This document shows positions 24,120 to 38,045 of a stretch of 64,000 nt of DNA, piece after piece. The notes below the pieces were generated by a model. It was not told the DNA's origin. It ran no database searches and was given only the letters and a program-made list of their open reading frames with translations. Within the stretch, counting starts at the first letter, position 1; each line of letters begins with the position of its first letter. The position numbers were made by a program, and so were the translations under genes. The DNA is from Hypanus sabinus (lineage: Eukaryota), in the NCBI RefSeq assembly GCF_030144855.1, contig NW_026781503.1, forward strand, positions 124,001 through 188,000, read 5' to 3'.

Positions 24120-24585
24120 AACATCATCCAGTTTTTGGCGGAAAAGCTTGGATTCTTCTCCATAGAGCGGTGGGGACTGAGAGAAAATCTGATGGAGGTT
24201 TATAAGAGTATGAAAGACATAGATAGTATGGGAGTATGGGAGTAGACAGGGAGTATGGTTTCGCTGTTTTGAAATGTCCAATACCAGAAGACATGCAATG
24301 AACGTGTGAAAGAGTAGATGCAAAGGAAATGTGAGGGTAATTTGTTTTACTCAGAGAGGTGTGGATGCCCGGAATGCTCTGTCTGTTATGGTGGTGGAAG
24401 CAAATACATTGGAGGCGTTTGAGAGTCGTTTAGACAGGCACGTGGGTGTGAGGAACATTGAGAGGATATGGACATTGTGTAGGTAGGAATTAGTTTTGGG
24501 AATGGGGGGGTTGATTTGCTTCTCAGCTGGTTTGGCACACCACTGAGCCCGAAGGGCCTGTTCCTGTGATGTACTGTTCCATGTT
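24120..24585 (+). mobile_element. CR1 3' fragment
   Basis: Ends gagcccgaagggcctgttcctgtgatgtactgttccatgttct (CR1-type tail). Confidence 0.8.
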
Positions 24586-26009
24586 CTGTTCCATCTTCAG
24601 CATCTCGAGTTTCTGTTTGATTCTCACTGGCAGATAGACAGGTGGCAGTGAGGGGGGATTTCCAAATGTGAATTGAATTCTGAAACCCTGTGCTATTTCT
24701 ACTGGTGTAAACACAAAACAGAGTATTTAATCACAGCCTCTCCCTGTGAGGGATAGAATGAGGACTCATTCTCTGCTTTACTTCAAATGGAAATTCAGAA
24801 CCAAAGATCTGAGCACAGAACAGGAATACTCGCTCAACAGCTCATAATCCCAGACAACTTAATCCCTGATGCATTTATCTGGGTCAAAACAAGTGCGGTA
24901 TCCCGGGATCCAACCTCAGAGGGTCACAGCCCACACCGAGAGCCTCGCACATCTTTTCCAGATCTCACACTGAGAGATTCACGCTACCAATATCCAGCCC
25001 CCGGAGACGTCTGCTTCATTGCGGAAAGAGGAACACCCAGCCGCATCTATAAAAGCACCAACGTGGACCAAAGCCCAAACACCACAATTTCCATATTCCT
25101 GGAGACCCCATCCCTAGATTGTATCTCAGGCACCAACTCTCTCAGGGCTGTTTGCTGCCGGTTATATGCGGCAGTGTCTCAGCTAATCCCAGTTCAAAAA
25201 CTTACACTCCAACACCAACCCATGACAGAACTGGAGCCTGATGATCCTTTGTCTGGACGGAGAAACATGGATATTGGGTCCTAAAGAGGGCACTGATACA
25301 TTTCAACTTGTCTCGACAGTTAGATTGAGCATATTTGTTCATTATTTTATTGTTGAGGGCGGTGTAGCCCAGGTCAATTAGCAGCCACTTTTCCCGGCGT
25401 ATAACAGGAACTAAATGTTTTAAATATCAAATTGAAAATATAGCACTGGAAGCACAGTACAGGAGATTTATTTTTGTTCTTTTGATGCACAAAACACTGA
25501 CTGACTGCAAGATGTTTGACACACAGAATAGAATTGCATAAATGCAATCCCTACAATCATTAGTTGTTTCTTCATTCCAGCACATACATCATCCATCCCG
25601 CACAGTGAATGCTCAAAGCCACTCTCTCTCCGCTGAGATTCAGAAACCAGACAGCGATAAACATGTTCAGCTCTTCTTGCAGCTCTGGTGAGCTGTTGCC
25701 CTGGCAAAGGAGGAAGTAGCTCGCAAAGATAACCGAAAAAGGAAATAACACATTCAATGCGACATGTTCTGAGTTTCATTATGGCAAAGATGAACAGAAC
25801 ATTCTGCCATTTTGTAACGGTGAAACTAAAATTTCAGCTGTTGTATTTACCTTGTCGAGGTGCATTCAGTAAATTTCCTGATAGTTCCAGCTCTACAGAG
25901 CTCTGAGCAGTGCAGACTCTCGTCCAAAATAAAAACACAATGTTGGATACCACCTGTCTGCAACAAATGTGGTTCATGTGTAGAAGTTTCAATTGAGATT
26001 CACAGAGCC

Positions 26010-27310
26010 CTTAGAGCACAGACACAGGACTGTTAGCCCATTCACCCCGTGCCATGTTCGGTGTGGTCCCATCCCCCTGCACCCAGACCACAGCCCTCTA
26101 TACCTCCCTCTACCCAACCATCTCTCAAAAACCACAATTGAACCTTCATCTCTCACTTCTGCTGGGAACTGCTTCCGCATTCGCACCGCCCTCTGAGTGA
26201 AGTAGTTTCCTCTCAGATTCCCCTTAAATGTGTCATTGTTTCCCCTAAATCCATGATCTTACCCAACCTGAGGGGAAAATGCCTACCTGCATTCACCCTA
26301 TTTGTACCATCATAGATTTCTATATCGCTAGCAGGGGTTCCCAACCTAGGGTCCATGGTTTCTTCCTTTACTTGTAGCTGTATATACCCCATCATTCCCC
26401 TGTTCTAACCTGTTCAACCTTCCACTATAATTATTTCCTTAAATACCAGCAATGTCCGTGTAATTTTCCTTGCACTCTTTCACGTTTATCGATATCTTTC
26501 CTCCAAGTAGCTAACCATAACTGCACACAATTCTGCAAACTTTGGAATCACGGTGTCGTTTACAACTTTAGCATTAATATCCTAACCCTTCTTCTTAATA
26601 GGCTGCGTGAGATAGAAATGCCAATATATGCCCAAAACTCGCTTGAAGACTCTGGTGTTGCCTTAAAGGAATTGTGAATCTGTAACATCCACGCCAGGAC
26701 AATCAGGCTTAAACCAGTTATTTTCCCCAAATAGAAAGCCTGATCAACACCTCTACTCACTAACCCACCCTCCACATCCCACCCACTAGTAGTTTAACAT
26801 TTCCTGACAGTTCTAGACATTCCTGTGCCTAACGTCACTTTATGGACGTATAATCAATGCCAGTCTCAAATGTCTAGAAACTCCTGTGTCTATCGTCACT
26901 TCAGGGACATACGAACAATGTTTTTAAACTATCATACATTATATATTGTGTTTTGTTTATTGTTGTGATTGTCATTTTGTTTTTTTGTTTTTTTTTTCTG
27001 TCTTGCTTTGGATCCAGAGAAACAATTATTTTGTTCTCTTTTACACTTGTGGACTGCAATGTCATTAAACAATTTTGAAGCCACGACCAACAGCCTCCGG
27101 AACAACTTCTTCCACCAGGCCATCAGACTGATTAATTCACGCTGCATTGAGTGTACTCTATATTATATGGACTGCTCAATACATTATAAATTATTATAAA
27201 TTACTTTCATTGCGCATTGCACATTTAGACCGAGACATAACATAAAGATGTTTGCTTCTCATGTATGTGAAGGATTTAAGAAATCAATTCAATTTAATTC
27301 AATTCAATTC
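26010..27310. mobile_element. CR1 3' fragment (-) followed by Rex/Babar-type 3' fragments (+)
   Basis: Antisense CR1 tail 26010-26690; ccacgaccaacagcctccggaacaacttcttccaccaggccatcagactg at ~27080. Confidence 0.65.
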
Positions 27311-28769
27311 ACACTTACTAATCGTACCTTGTATATTCAGATACAAATCAATGGCATGAATAATGAATTACAGAGGTGTCGACACTGACACACACATCCC
27401 ACTCGTCACAGGCCTCCATTCGCTAAAACCATTTTCGATCATCTCCCTCTGCTTCCTGTTCTCGATCCCGGTGTGAATCCACCTCCCCAGCACCCCGTGA
27501 ATCCCACGTGACCGAACCTTCCCGATCAGCTGCCATGCGGGATCTTATTACAGACTTTACCAAAGTTCAGATGCAACATCACTGCCCAATTTCACCCAAC
27601 TCCCCAGTTAACTCTTAAATAATCTCCAAAATACTTGACAGGTATGATGTCCTATTGGGCAGTGTGGACGGTGATTTCCCTATAACCAATGTCCAACATC
27701 CCGGGATTTCAGCTTCACTGCGGACTGAGGAAATTCCGATCCCTGTTGTCGAGTTACCAACCTGGACCGAAGCCCGTATACTGTCAGTTCCATATCCTCA
27801 GAGTCACCGGCCCGATATTATCACTCATACAAAGACGCTTTGGTGCCGGTAATTTGCCGTGACTAAGGTGGAATTGGAATTGGAAACTAATGACCCTCTG
27901 CCGGGGCCGGTGCTCAGGCTGGTTCCCCGGTCTGTATAGAGGATGCCGATACACTTCAGACTGTCCCCAGCAGCTAAACCGAGCACATTTGATCGCAATC
28001 TTTCTGCTGTGTGGGATCCTGCCCAGCACAGCTGGCTGCCATGTTCCCTGCAGTGCAGCAGGAACAAAACGTAAAATTATGAAGTAGAAAATGCTGGGAA
28101 CTCAGTACATCAGACTACATCTCTGAAAGGAGAAATGGTGGAAGACCCAGTTCCAGACCTGAGACTGTCCAAGATGCTGCCGGTCTGCTGAGCGTTTCCA
28201 GTATTTTCACCTCCTTACTTTAAATTTCCTGCAACTGTAGCATTTTGTCCCTCTTCATTTTAATGCACAGATAGTAACCGATTGCCACCCTAAACTGTAA
28301 ACGCCACCCCACACCAACTAATTTCTTAGTTCTGAATACATTCTGTTGTAGTACATCCCATACAGTCACTGCTCACAGCATCCTTTCCTCCCACTATGAC
28401 TCTGTTACATTTGCTCCCGAGGCTACTGTCTCTACGCTGAGAGGTGGTGACCACAGAGCGATAAAAAACTGCAACACTTGCTGCAGCTCTGACGGGCTGT
28501 TACCATGGAAACAGAGGAAGTGGCTCACCTAAAATAAACAAAACATGAAACAACAATCTGAACTTCAGATGCTTTGAGTTCCATTATGGCAAAGATGAAC
28601 ACTTCAGCCATTTTGTAACGGTGAAACTAAAATTGAAATAGTTGCTTTTACCCTGCCACGTGCTGTTTTCAATTACACCTCTGGTAGTCCTAACTGTCAT
28701 AAAAACTAATTCTGGAAAAGATGCAAACCAAAATTTCACAATGAAGACAAAGTTTGAAAGATATATATA

Positions 28770-29250
28770 TATATATATATCACTGCGGCAATGGGATGCA
28801 GTCTGGACAGAGATTGAACAAGATGGTTGATATATATCTTTCAGATGGTGTGATACAGTCTGGACAGAGGTTGAACAAGATGGCTGATATATATCATTGA
28901 GGTGGTGGGATACAGACTGGACAGAGGCTGAACAAGATGGTTGATATATATCATTGAGTTGGTGGGATACAGACTGAACAGAGGTTGAACACGATGGTTG
29001 ATATATCTCATTCAGGTGATGGGATACAGACTGGACAGAGGTTGAACAAGATGGTTGATATATATCATTGAGTTGGTGGGATACAGACTGGACAGAGGTT
29101 GAACAAGATGGTTGATATATATCATTGAGATGGTGGGATACAGACTGGACAGAGGTTGAACACGATGGTTGATATATCTCATTGAGGTGAAGGGATACAG
29201 ACTGAACAGAGGTTGAACAAGATGGTTGATATATATATATATATCACTGG
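28770..29250. repeat. 57-bp minisatellite, ~8 units
   Basis: Unit gatatatatcattgaggtggtgggatacagactggacagaggttgaacaagatggtt. Confidence 0.95.
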
Positions 29251-30289
29251 GAGATGGGAGAATGGGATCCAGGGCAATATCTCATGGTCCTCCAGCAATA
29301 CACAAACCATGAAATAATAGTACGCACTAGTTGACAACGGATACCAATATAACAAAGCCAGAACAAACAATAAGTATTTTGGTTTGTGTTATTTTCTATA
29401 CTGTAGACTTTATCAATGCACCACAGGAAGTATCCCATCCGGATACTTCACATCTTCATACGGCTACTGCTCTTCCTTTAACTGAACGAGAACTGTGGAC
29501 ACAGCGGAGTACATCATAGGAACTGATCTCCCCTCCATGGACTCTGTCTATAATTCCTCAGTAAAGCAGACAACATAATGAAAGATCCCCACAATCCTGG
29601 ACATTTTCACTTCTCACCCTCCCATCGGTTTGAGGATTAAATGGAACAGAAACATGTCACCGGGCTCAAGGACGGTGTCCATTCTGCTGTTAGAAGCGAA
29701 CAGCGTGATGAGTGGACTCCTGACCTCACAGTCTAAATCGATGTGACCTTGCACCACATATCTACCTGCACTGCACCACTGCACTTTCTCTGTAACCAGA
29801 ATAATTTGTTTTACCTCAATGTACTGCTGCACTGTATTGATCTCTGTGGAGAATACCGGAGACTCGATTTTCACTCAAACTCTGTACATGGAAAAAAAAT
29901 AAAGATTCCCCATTTCAATCGTGTGGGAATATTAGACAGCCTGTGTTGCTTCTTTCGAAATTCCGGAGGGAGTGGACACATTTCCGAGAAACCTAGATAA
30001 ATGAACAAGACTTATTTCTCGCATTAATAGGGCCAGATATCGGGAAACACTGTCAGCATGCCGGCAAGTCGCAGCAATGGAAAGAAGATGGAAATAAACT
30101 TCCCAGTCCCCCGAGAAAACGTGAGAGATCTGGATCTCACTGTCTTGTCTGAACAGGGAAAGATGAAACTACTCAAACACGTGGAGCAGTGTCCCGAGAA
30201 TGCGATAACTCTGTTTAACCCTCTGATTGCAAGAACACAACAGGCCGAACGACCGCTTCCAGTATGCTGGAGATATGTACAAAAATTAT

Positions 30290-30930
30290 CGACGCCAGGC
30301 GTCAATACAGGTGAAGTTTGGATCTGGAACCGGGCCTTGAGATGGAGCTAAAGTTCACCATGTACATCTTAATGGATGGGTTCAGTCTCGGCATCACCAC
30401 CTCATCCCGCTCCTGGGACCAGAATACCAGGGGCTGAGCGGCGGCTTATCTCAGGCGGTTCGGTGAGAAGGTCCCATAACCCGGAGCGACCAAGACAGGT
30501 TGAGTCCAGGAAGCGGGACGACGCCATCAGAACGAGAATGTTAACGGGACTCTCTGCCCAACATCAGATTCCCCTCCCCCGGGATCGGCTTCAATACTCA
30601 CCGATGAAAAATATTCTGTCGCGTTCACCCCTAGTGACCGGTAGCAAATCCTGACCCATGAGAACTTGATCAATTTGTCCCGCAGACAGCGATCAGTCCT
30701 CCGGCTCCCAGCAGACAATCCGCTTCAACAGAGAACGGAACGAAAGCCACCGCCCATCCGGAGACTGTGAGAGCGGGGGGCGGGGCCTCGGAAGCGAAAG
30801 CCCGTTGTTGCAGCAGATCTGCGTTTGGAATGGGAGTGAGAACCTGGATCACGTGACGGGTGGAGGGTTTTCCACCTGAACCGGTGATTCAGCTCCTCGC
30901 TCTTCACACACTGCCCGACCTATCTGCCGC
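30290..30930 (-). promoter_or_regulatory. CpG-island-like promoter with candidate first exon (donor at 30601)
   Basis: High CpG; GC box GGGGCGGGGC 30777-30786; GGAAGCGAAA 30790-30799; E-box ATCACGTGAC 30848-30857; minus-strand donor CG|GTGAGT (actcac 30596-30601). Confidence 0.6.
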
Positions 30931-31469
30931 ATTTTACACATTATTTCATATTTAGCCCAACTACATTTTTAATCTTTCCCTCTGCATCTTCCCCGTCCCC
31001 ATCGCTCCACCACCCGGTTCTCAGAGTTACTGGATCAATTCCCATCCCGGTCCGACACTGAATTCCCACCCGAAGAAGAATTGTGCAGGTTTCATTGAAA
31101 TCACTTCTCCGTTTATAAACACTAATTTCTAATCACATTCCTCTGGAGCCTCACTGGACAGGAACACTGAAACATCAAGTGAGAAACAGGAGGAGGTGGC
31201 CACTCAGCTCCACAAACCATCAACAAGTTGACGGCTGTTCTCCCATCTCATCCACGTGTTCCTGCCCGGTCCTCATTTCCTCGCTCCCTGCAGTCTCCAC
31301 ACATCTGCCAGCCTCTGTTTTATGTGAAGACTGAGTCTTCTTTGTCCTCCAGGAATCGGATTGGTGAATCTCTAACTTTTTGTAGTCCTCCATGGGATTA
31401 AATTCCATTTCTGCAGCCCCGTGTTGCCCCAACCACTCACCACACACCCCTGTCACTCTTTCCACCTTC

Positions 31470-32950
31470 CCATCTCCCCCTCACCTGGATCCACCTCTCA
31501 CTCTCCATCTCTTGCCCCATACCCACCCTTCACCTCTTTTCTCTGACTATTTCCCGTCCACTCTCAGTCCAGAGAGAGGGTCTCGGCCCGAAATGTTGAC
31601 AGTCCATTTCCCTCCACAGATGCTGCCCAACCCACTGAGTTCCTCCGGCAGTTTGTTCTTTGGTCTGTATAATCCGTGTTAGTATGGGGAGCGGGATTTT
31701 ACACCATTTCCCAGGAGCAATCTCAACAAAGCCCAAATAATTTTTACGGTAATTGCCACACTTAAACACGAGAAAGCTTGCAAATGCTGGAAATCCAGAG
31801 CAACACACACAAAATGCTGGAGGAAGTCGGCACAGCAGGCAGTGACTATGGAAAAAAGTAAACTGTCCACATTTTGGACCACGAGCCTTTTTCATTCCTG
31901 AGGAGGAGGGGGAAGTGATCTGAATACAAAGGTCGGGGTGGGGATAAAGTGGGGAGCTGGAAGGTGATCGGTGAGGTCAAGTGATGGTCTGTTCAAGGGC
32001 TGGAGAGGAAAGAATCAGAGCGTTGTCAACAGGAGAAAGGGAACGAGGGGACCCAGGGAGAAATGAAAGTTCAGAATGGGGCGGAGCGGTGGGATTTGTT
32101 TACTGGAAGGAGAATTCATTATTCATACAATCAGGTTGGAGGGTACCAAGATGGAATATAAAATGTTGATCCGCCACCCTGTGGGCGGATTCATCTTGGC
32201 ACAAGAGGAGGCCATTGATACAAACGTCGAAATAAAATGTTTGGCCACTGCAAAGTCTCCCTTGTGCCAGATGATACAGAGATGCTCGACAAAATGGTTT
32301 ACTAATTTATGGCTGGTCTCACCCATGTAAACGAGGCCGCATTGGGAGCACACGACAAAATAGATGACACCAGCAGATTCGCAGGTGAAGTGTTGCCTCA
32401 GCTGGAAGGAATGTTTTGTGTCTGAATGGAGATGAGTGTAGAGTAGGTGTAGAACTTAGGCCACTTGCAGGGATAAGTGGCTGGAGGGAGATTAGTGAAA
32501 AGGGATAAATGAACAAGGGAATTATGAAGAGAGTGATCCCTGTTGAAAGAAGAGGGTGGGGTGGGCGAGGAAGATAAAAATATGTATAGTTGTAACATCT
32601 CTTTGGAGATGGTGGAAGTTGCAGAGGCTGAAGGGGTGGTAGGTAAGGACATGTGGAACTCTATCACTATTACGGTGATAGGAAGATGGAGTGATCACTG
32701 AGTACGGTAAATGTGAGTGAGGAGAATATCAATACCCGAGGGAGGACAGCCACATCCTGGAAACAGATGCAGCAGAAGCAATGAAACTGAGAAAAGGGTA
32801 GAGCATTTTACAGGCGATAGGCTGGGAAGAGGTATGGTCGAGATTACCATGGAAATCAGTAAGTTTATAAAAGATGTTGGTTGACAACCTGGCTCTAGAG
32901 ATGAAGAGATCAGGAAAGGGTACGGATGTGTCAGAGATGGACCAGATTAC
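31470..32950 (-). mobile_element. Penelope-like element remnant (RT C-terminus + GIY-YIG endonuclease + terminal repeats)
   Basis: SVPFPDLFIS..RLSTNIFYKLTDFH..LDHTSSQP (RT); CSQCGLVYMGET..KL..HFVEHL..VAKHF (GIY-YIG); terminus aaatgctggaaatccagagcaacacacacaaaatgctggagg. Confidence 0.85.
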
Positions 32951-33096
32951 ACTAAATAGCTCTTGGCAGGCTAATGTAGAGACTGCAGGAGCCCTGGAAG
33001 ACACGGATGTTGCTGGCGTTTAAGGAACCGAGTAACAGGGCTACATTGAACAAGTTAGAAATTGATTCCGTGCAGCAGAAGAGATTGTGATGCTAG

Positions 33097-33177
33097 CGGA
33101 GGTTCCCAAACTTTTTTTATGTCACAGACCCCTACCATTAACCGTGGTGTCCGTGGACCCCAGACTGCGAACCCCTG
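33097..33177. mobile_element. ~80-bp hAT-type MITE
   Basis: Imperfect TIRs cggaggttccca ... tgcgaacccctg; related end cagggggttcccaacc-like sequence at ~26332. Confidence 0.55.
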
Positions 33178-33984
33178 CCAAATGTATACAAAGGATACCC
33201 GGGCTAGAGGTCTGCAAACTATGAGGGTATAAATAGGGTGAATTCATGTAAGCTTTTGCCACACAGGTTGGGTGAGGTTATCTGTTTAGGGCAAAAAGTG
33301 AAATATTTAATGGGAATCTAAGGAGGCACACGGATAAAGGAGGTATTGAGGGCTATGGTCTGGGTGCACGTGGATGGGTCTAAGCAGAGAATGGCACAGA
33401 CTAGATTGGCTAAAATCCCTGTTTCTGTAAGAGAATGAATTACATTGTGTGTCCTACACAATTCCATTTTCCAGGAGACATAATTCGTTCCAACGTAATG
33501 TTCTAAAGAAACGCTGCAAGTACAAGAAACACTCAACAGGTAAAGAATATCTGTGGAGAGAGAAACAAAGTTAATGCTTCAGCTCCAACTCGCTGCGTCG
33601 GAATGGCTTCAAACATTTTCTGATTTGAATTCAGGTGTCCAACAACTTGAGTATTTCTTTCATTTCCAGTTGTCACCGACAGCTGAAAGTAAGTGGGAAT
33701 TTCCAAACACGATGAGAATGCGGATCCCGAGGTAGATGAACAACGATGCAAATACTGAACAGGTACCTCTGCGGTGTCTCTGGTCTCTCTGCTCCATTGT
33801 ATCTGCGACCTTTGACTTTAGACTCCCCAACCCTGGGGAACAATCTTTGGTATTTTTGACTGGACATCAATGGCTTTGCAGACTACGTTTGGAAAAATAG
33901 CGCTGACTACATCAGTCACGTCCCCATCCCTGGCGGATGTTTCCAGGCTCGCAGCTCGAGCAAGTCACGAAAGCTATCCTCTCC

Positions 33985-34324
33985 GAGGAGAGCAGTCACA
34001 CATTGTAACAGCAGCAGATGGGAGGACTCTGCCGAGACTCAACCACTGTGAGGCTGACGGGCCAGAAATCATCCCAGGCCAAATATTCGGGCAGTGTGGA
34101 CACCAGCTCACTGATGACTTCACGGCCATCGTCAACAATTCACTCATGTGTCTTCAAATCTACACCTTCAGAAGCAAATTACTACGGACTGGCCGCTTCT
34201 TCAACGTCAACGAGACAAAGGAGATGGTTATCCATTTCAGGAGAACTTGCACCACTCACATAACTTTACATCAGCAGCATAGCTCTGGAAACTGCAAGCA
34301 GTTTTATACTCCTGGGCATACTCC

Positions 34325-34411
<87 letters not shown>

Positions 34412-34725
34412 TATATACACTCTGGTGCCAGAAAATTGGCCAGTAACAACATAACACCATGAAGGCTCCCGCCGACCCTGTCCATGAACTATTTGTTCCA
34501 CTCCTATCAGTGAAGAGGCTACATGGCATTCACACCAGGAACAGCAAACTCAAAAAATATTTAATTTCCGCAAGCAATCAGACTGATCAACGCCTCCACC
34601 CTCTAACCCACCCTACAGAACTCCCATCAGCACTAGATTAACATTTCCTTTCAGTCACGGCATGTCCAGACACTCCTCTGCTTAGCTTTATTTCTTGGAC
34701 ATACAATCAATGTATGTGTGTACAA
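33985..34725 (+). mobile_element. Rex1/Babar-type LINE remnant containing (CA)n at 34328-34409
   Basis: ADGRTLPRLNHCEADGPEIIPGQIFGQCGHQLTDDFTAIVNNSL (degenerate KAAGPD.IPG..L..CA.QL) and NVNETKEMVIHFRR. Confidence 0.75.
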
Positions 34726-34726
34726 T

Positions 34727-34727
<1 letters not shown>

Positions 34728-34786
<59 letters not shown>
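34728..34786. repeat. (GT)n microsatellite
   Basis: Direct reading. Confidence 0.95.
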
Positions 34787-34790
<4 letters not shown>

Positions 34791-35499
34791 CTTTATGTTA
34801 AAGAATCCTGAATCTTGAAACCTGGTGAAAGTACCACGACCAACCACATAATCTATACTCACTCTTCATTTTATAAACTCCTACAACGTCACGCTCAATC
34901 CCCTGTGCTCCATGGAATAAAGATCCAGCTCCACTAACATGTTAGGAGGCCTGTTTCCGTGCTGTGATTGTTATATGGTTATATGGTTAACTTCTCCCCG
35001 AAACTCGGCCCTCTAGACCAGGCAGCATCGTCATCAAACTCTTCTGTGCTCTGTGAGTTTGATAATGTCAGTACTACGATAGCGTGAACAAAATTGTACA
35101 TAATACTGAGTGTAGCGTCACCAGTAATTTACTTAACTAGAATATTATGTCCATAATCCAGAACACAATGCCCTAAATGAATAAGGCCAGAATAAGTAAA
35201 GACTACTATTCGACCCTTTATTCTTGCCCGTTAACCTGCAGTGAACTGTACACTTGGACTCGCTGGTCGCATTGTTAAACAACATTCTGTCCCCGCCCAT
35301 TCACTATATCAGTCCCAGCCTTGTTTGACTCTCCAAAATGTACCATCTCTCATTTGTCCAATATGAAACCATTTGCCATTCCACAACCCATCTTCATAAC
35401 TGGACAGGATCCCTTTGAAATTCATTGTAACATGTTGCAATATCAACCAGAGTCTCGACTTTGGCATCAAACTTGCTAACCGTGCATTGTATATTCATA

Positions 35500-36390
35500 T
35501 AAGTAACAATAGTATGAACAATGAGTTACCGAGGTCTCGACAAAGTCAGGCACATACCTCTCGTCATTGGCCTCCATTCGCAAAATCACCCTCTGCTGCC
35601 TGTCCTCGATCCCGGTGTGAATCCACCTCATGTGACCTCACCTTCCAGATGAGCTGCCATGGAGGATCTTGTTTGACGCTTTATTGAAGTCCGTTTAGAC
35701 AAAATCACTGTCCTACTTCATCTATCTCCACAGTGAACTCGTCAAAAATCTCCAGAATACTCGACAGGTGTGATGTCCCACTGGGTGGAGCGAATTGCGA
35801 TGTCTCCATAACCCATGTATAACCACCCGAGACTTCAGCCTCACTGCAGACAAAAGAAATTCCAGTCCCAGCTGTAAAATTGACAACCTGGATTGAAGCC
35901 CGTATACTGCCAGTTCTGCATTCTGAGAGACTCCATTTATATTATAAGCGACACACAGACAATTTGTTGCCGGAGATTTGCCATTTTCGATTCACAAACT
36001 AAGGTGGGACGGGAAATTAAGAATCTTCTGCCTGCGCTGTTGCTCAGGCTGGTTTACCAGGCTGTAGATTGTGAGAGCATACGGATACACTTCAACTTGG
36101 CTCCAGTATCTGTCTTTGATCACTGACTTCTTGTTGTGTGGGGTCATGCCCTGCACAGTTTGCTGCGATGGTTCCCTCAGGGTATCAGAAACACAGTGTA
36201 AAATTATAAAATAGAAAATGCTGGGAACTCAGTACACCAGACTACATCTGGGAAAGGAGAAATGCTGGGAGACCCAGTTCCAGAACTGAGACTGTCCGAG
36301 GTGCTGCAGATCTGCTGAATGTTTCCAACATTCTCTCTTATCTACTTTAAATTTCCTGCAAGAGCAGTTTTTGATTATTTTTAATGCGCA
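35500..36390. repeat. Paralog of 27340-28260
   Basis: Shared blocks tcgatcccggtgtgaatccacctc, gaagcccgtatactg, gaaaatgctgggaactcagtaca. Confidence 0.85.
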
Positions 36391-38045
36391 GATATTAACT
36401 GACTGGAGGGTTACGGATATTTTTCCCTTATTCATGAAAGTGAGTAGGGATAGCCCAGGAAATCATACACCATTGAGACTTACTTCAGTGGTTGGGAAGC
36501 TGATCGGGAAGATCCTGAGAAGCAGGATTTATGAACATCTGGAGAGGCAAGATATGAATAGGAATAGTCGCCATGCCTCTGTCAAAGGCAGGTCGTGCCT
36601 TATGAACATGAATGATTTGTTTGAGTATGTGACTGAGCACATTGATGAAAGTAGAGCAGAAGATGTAGTGTGTATGGATTTCAGCAAGAGATTTGATAAG
36701 GTACCCCTATGCAAAGCTTATTGAGAAAGTAAGGAGGCATTGGACCCAATGAGACCTTGCTTTCTGGATCCAGAATTGACTTGTCCACAGAAGGCAAAGA
36801 GGATGTCTGTCACCAGTGGAATGCCTCAGGGATCTGTTATGGCAACACCTCTTTTCGTAATTTTCAGAAATGACCTGGATGACGAAGTGGAGGGATAGGT
36901 TAGTAAATTTGCTGACGGCCCCTAGGATGGGGGTACTGTGGATAGTGTGGAGGGCTGTCGAGTTTACAGTGGAACATCGACTGGGTGAAAAACTGGGCTG
37001 AGAATTGGCAGATGGAGTTCAACCCAGATGAGTCTGAGGTGGTTCATTTTGCTAGATGATCTATGATAGTAGAATATAGTATTAATTGTCAGACTCTTGG
37101 CAGTGTGGAGGATATGTGTGATCATGGGGCCCGAGTCTATAGGACACTCAAAGCTGCTGCGTATGCTAAGAGTGGTTCAGAATGCATGCGGTGCATTGGC
37201 CTTCATTAACCGTGAGACTGAGTTCAAGAGCCGAGAGTTAATGTTCCAGCTATATAGGACCCTGGTCAAACCCCACTTGAAGTACTGTGCTCTGGTTACC
37301 TCACTATTCGAAGGATGTGAAAGCTATAGAAAGTGTGTAGAAGAGATTTACAAGGATGTTTCCTGGATTGGGGAGCATGCCTTCTGAAAACAGGTTGAGT
37401 TAACCTGGCCGTTTCTCCTTGGAGCGATTGAGGATAAGAGGTGACCTGATAGAGGTATATAAGATGTTGGGAGGCAATGACCCTGTGGATAGGCAGAGGC
37501 TGTTCTCAGGGCTGAAATGGCTAATACGAGAGGGTACAGTTTTAAGGAGCTTGGAAGTAGGTACAGAGGCGATGTCAAGGTTAAGGTTATCTTTTATGCA
37601 GGCAGTGGAGTGTACGTTCCACGGGCTGCCGGCAACGGTGGTGGAGACGGATAGAGTAGGGTCTATTAAGAGAAACTTGGATACGTATGAGGGGTAATTG
37701 ATATGTTCGCGGCCTAAAGTAGAAGTCATTTTTAGAAAACCGTGCAAATTTACTTTTCAACATAGTCCCATCCTACATGTAAACACTTAGTCCAGCGGTC
37801 GTGGAGCATACGGATCCTTTCATTGTAGAAGTCAGCATCTTGGACTTCCAGAGTGGTCGCCAGTACGAGTGATTGATAAGTTTGTGGCCGAAGGCAGAAG
37901 GAACATATCAATCACCTACATGTAGCTTAGAAAACAGAGGGCTACGAGTAACCCCAGGAAATTAATAAAGTAAGTAAATGTTTCGGACAGCACTTTTGGC
38001 CGAATTGCCTGTGTATTATGTTGCAGGTTTTCTATATTTCTATAT
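36390..38045 (+). mobile_element. CR1 RT/3' fragment (paralog of 48845-50275)
   Basis: DWRVTDIFPLFMK..PGN..LTSVVGKL..KGRSCL.N..DFSKRFDKVP; LYRTLVKPHLKYC; tail ggccgaattgcctgtgtattatg. Confidence 0.9.
37688..37916. mobile_element. Tc1/mariner-type MITE inserted at TA
   Basis: Left TIR tgaggggtaattgatatgtt, right aacatatcaatcacc; TA on both sides; absent from paralogous sites at ~41797 and ~50148. Confidence 0.75.

Noticed and set aside
24787-25284. 165-aa plus-strand ORF
   Set aside because: Paralog at ~51420-51950 does not keep the frame; no domain recognised
25572-25779. Coding interpretation of the five-copy module (SYFLLCQGNSSPELQEEL / SHFLCFHGNSPSELQQVL on - strand)
   Set aside because: Most differences between copies are non-synonymous, other copies have in-frame stops, and I recognise no protein family; not fully excluded
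33870-34454. 194-aa ORF with His-Thr run
   Set aside because: Rex/Babar remnant read through a (CA)n microsatellite
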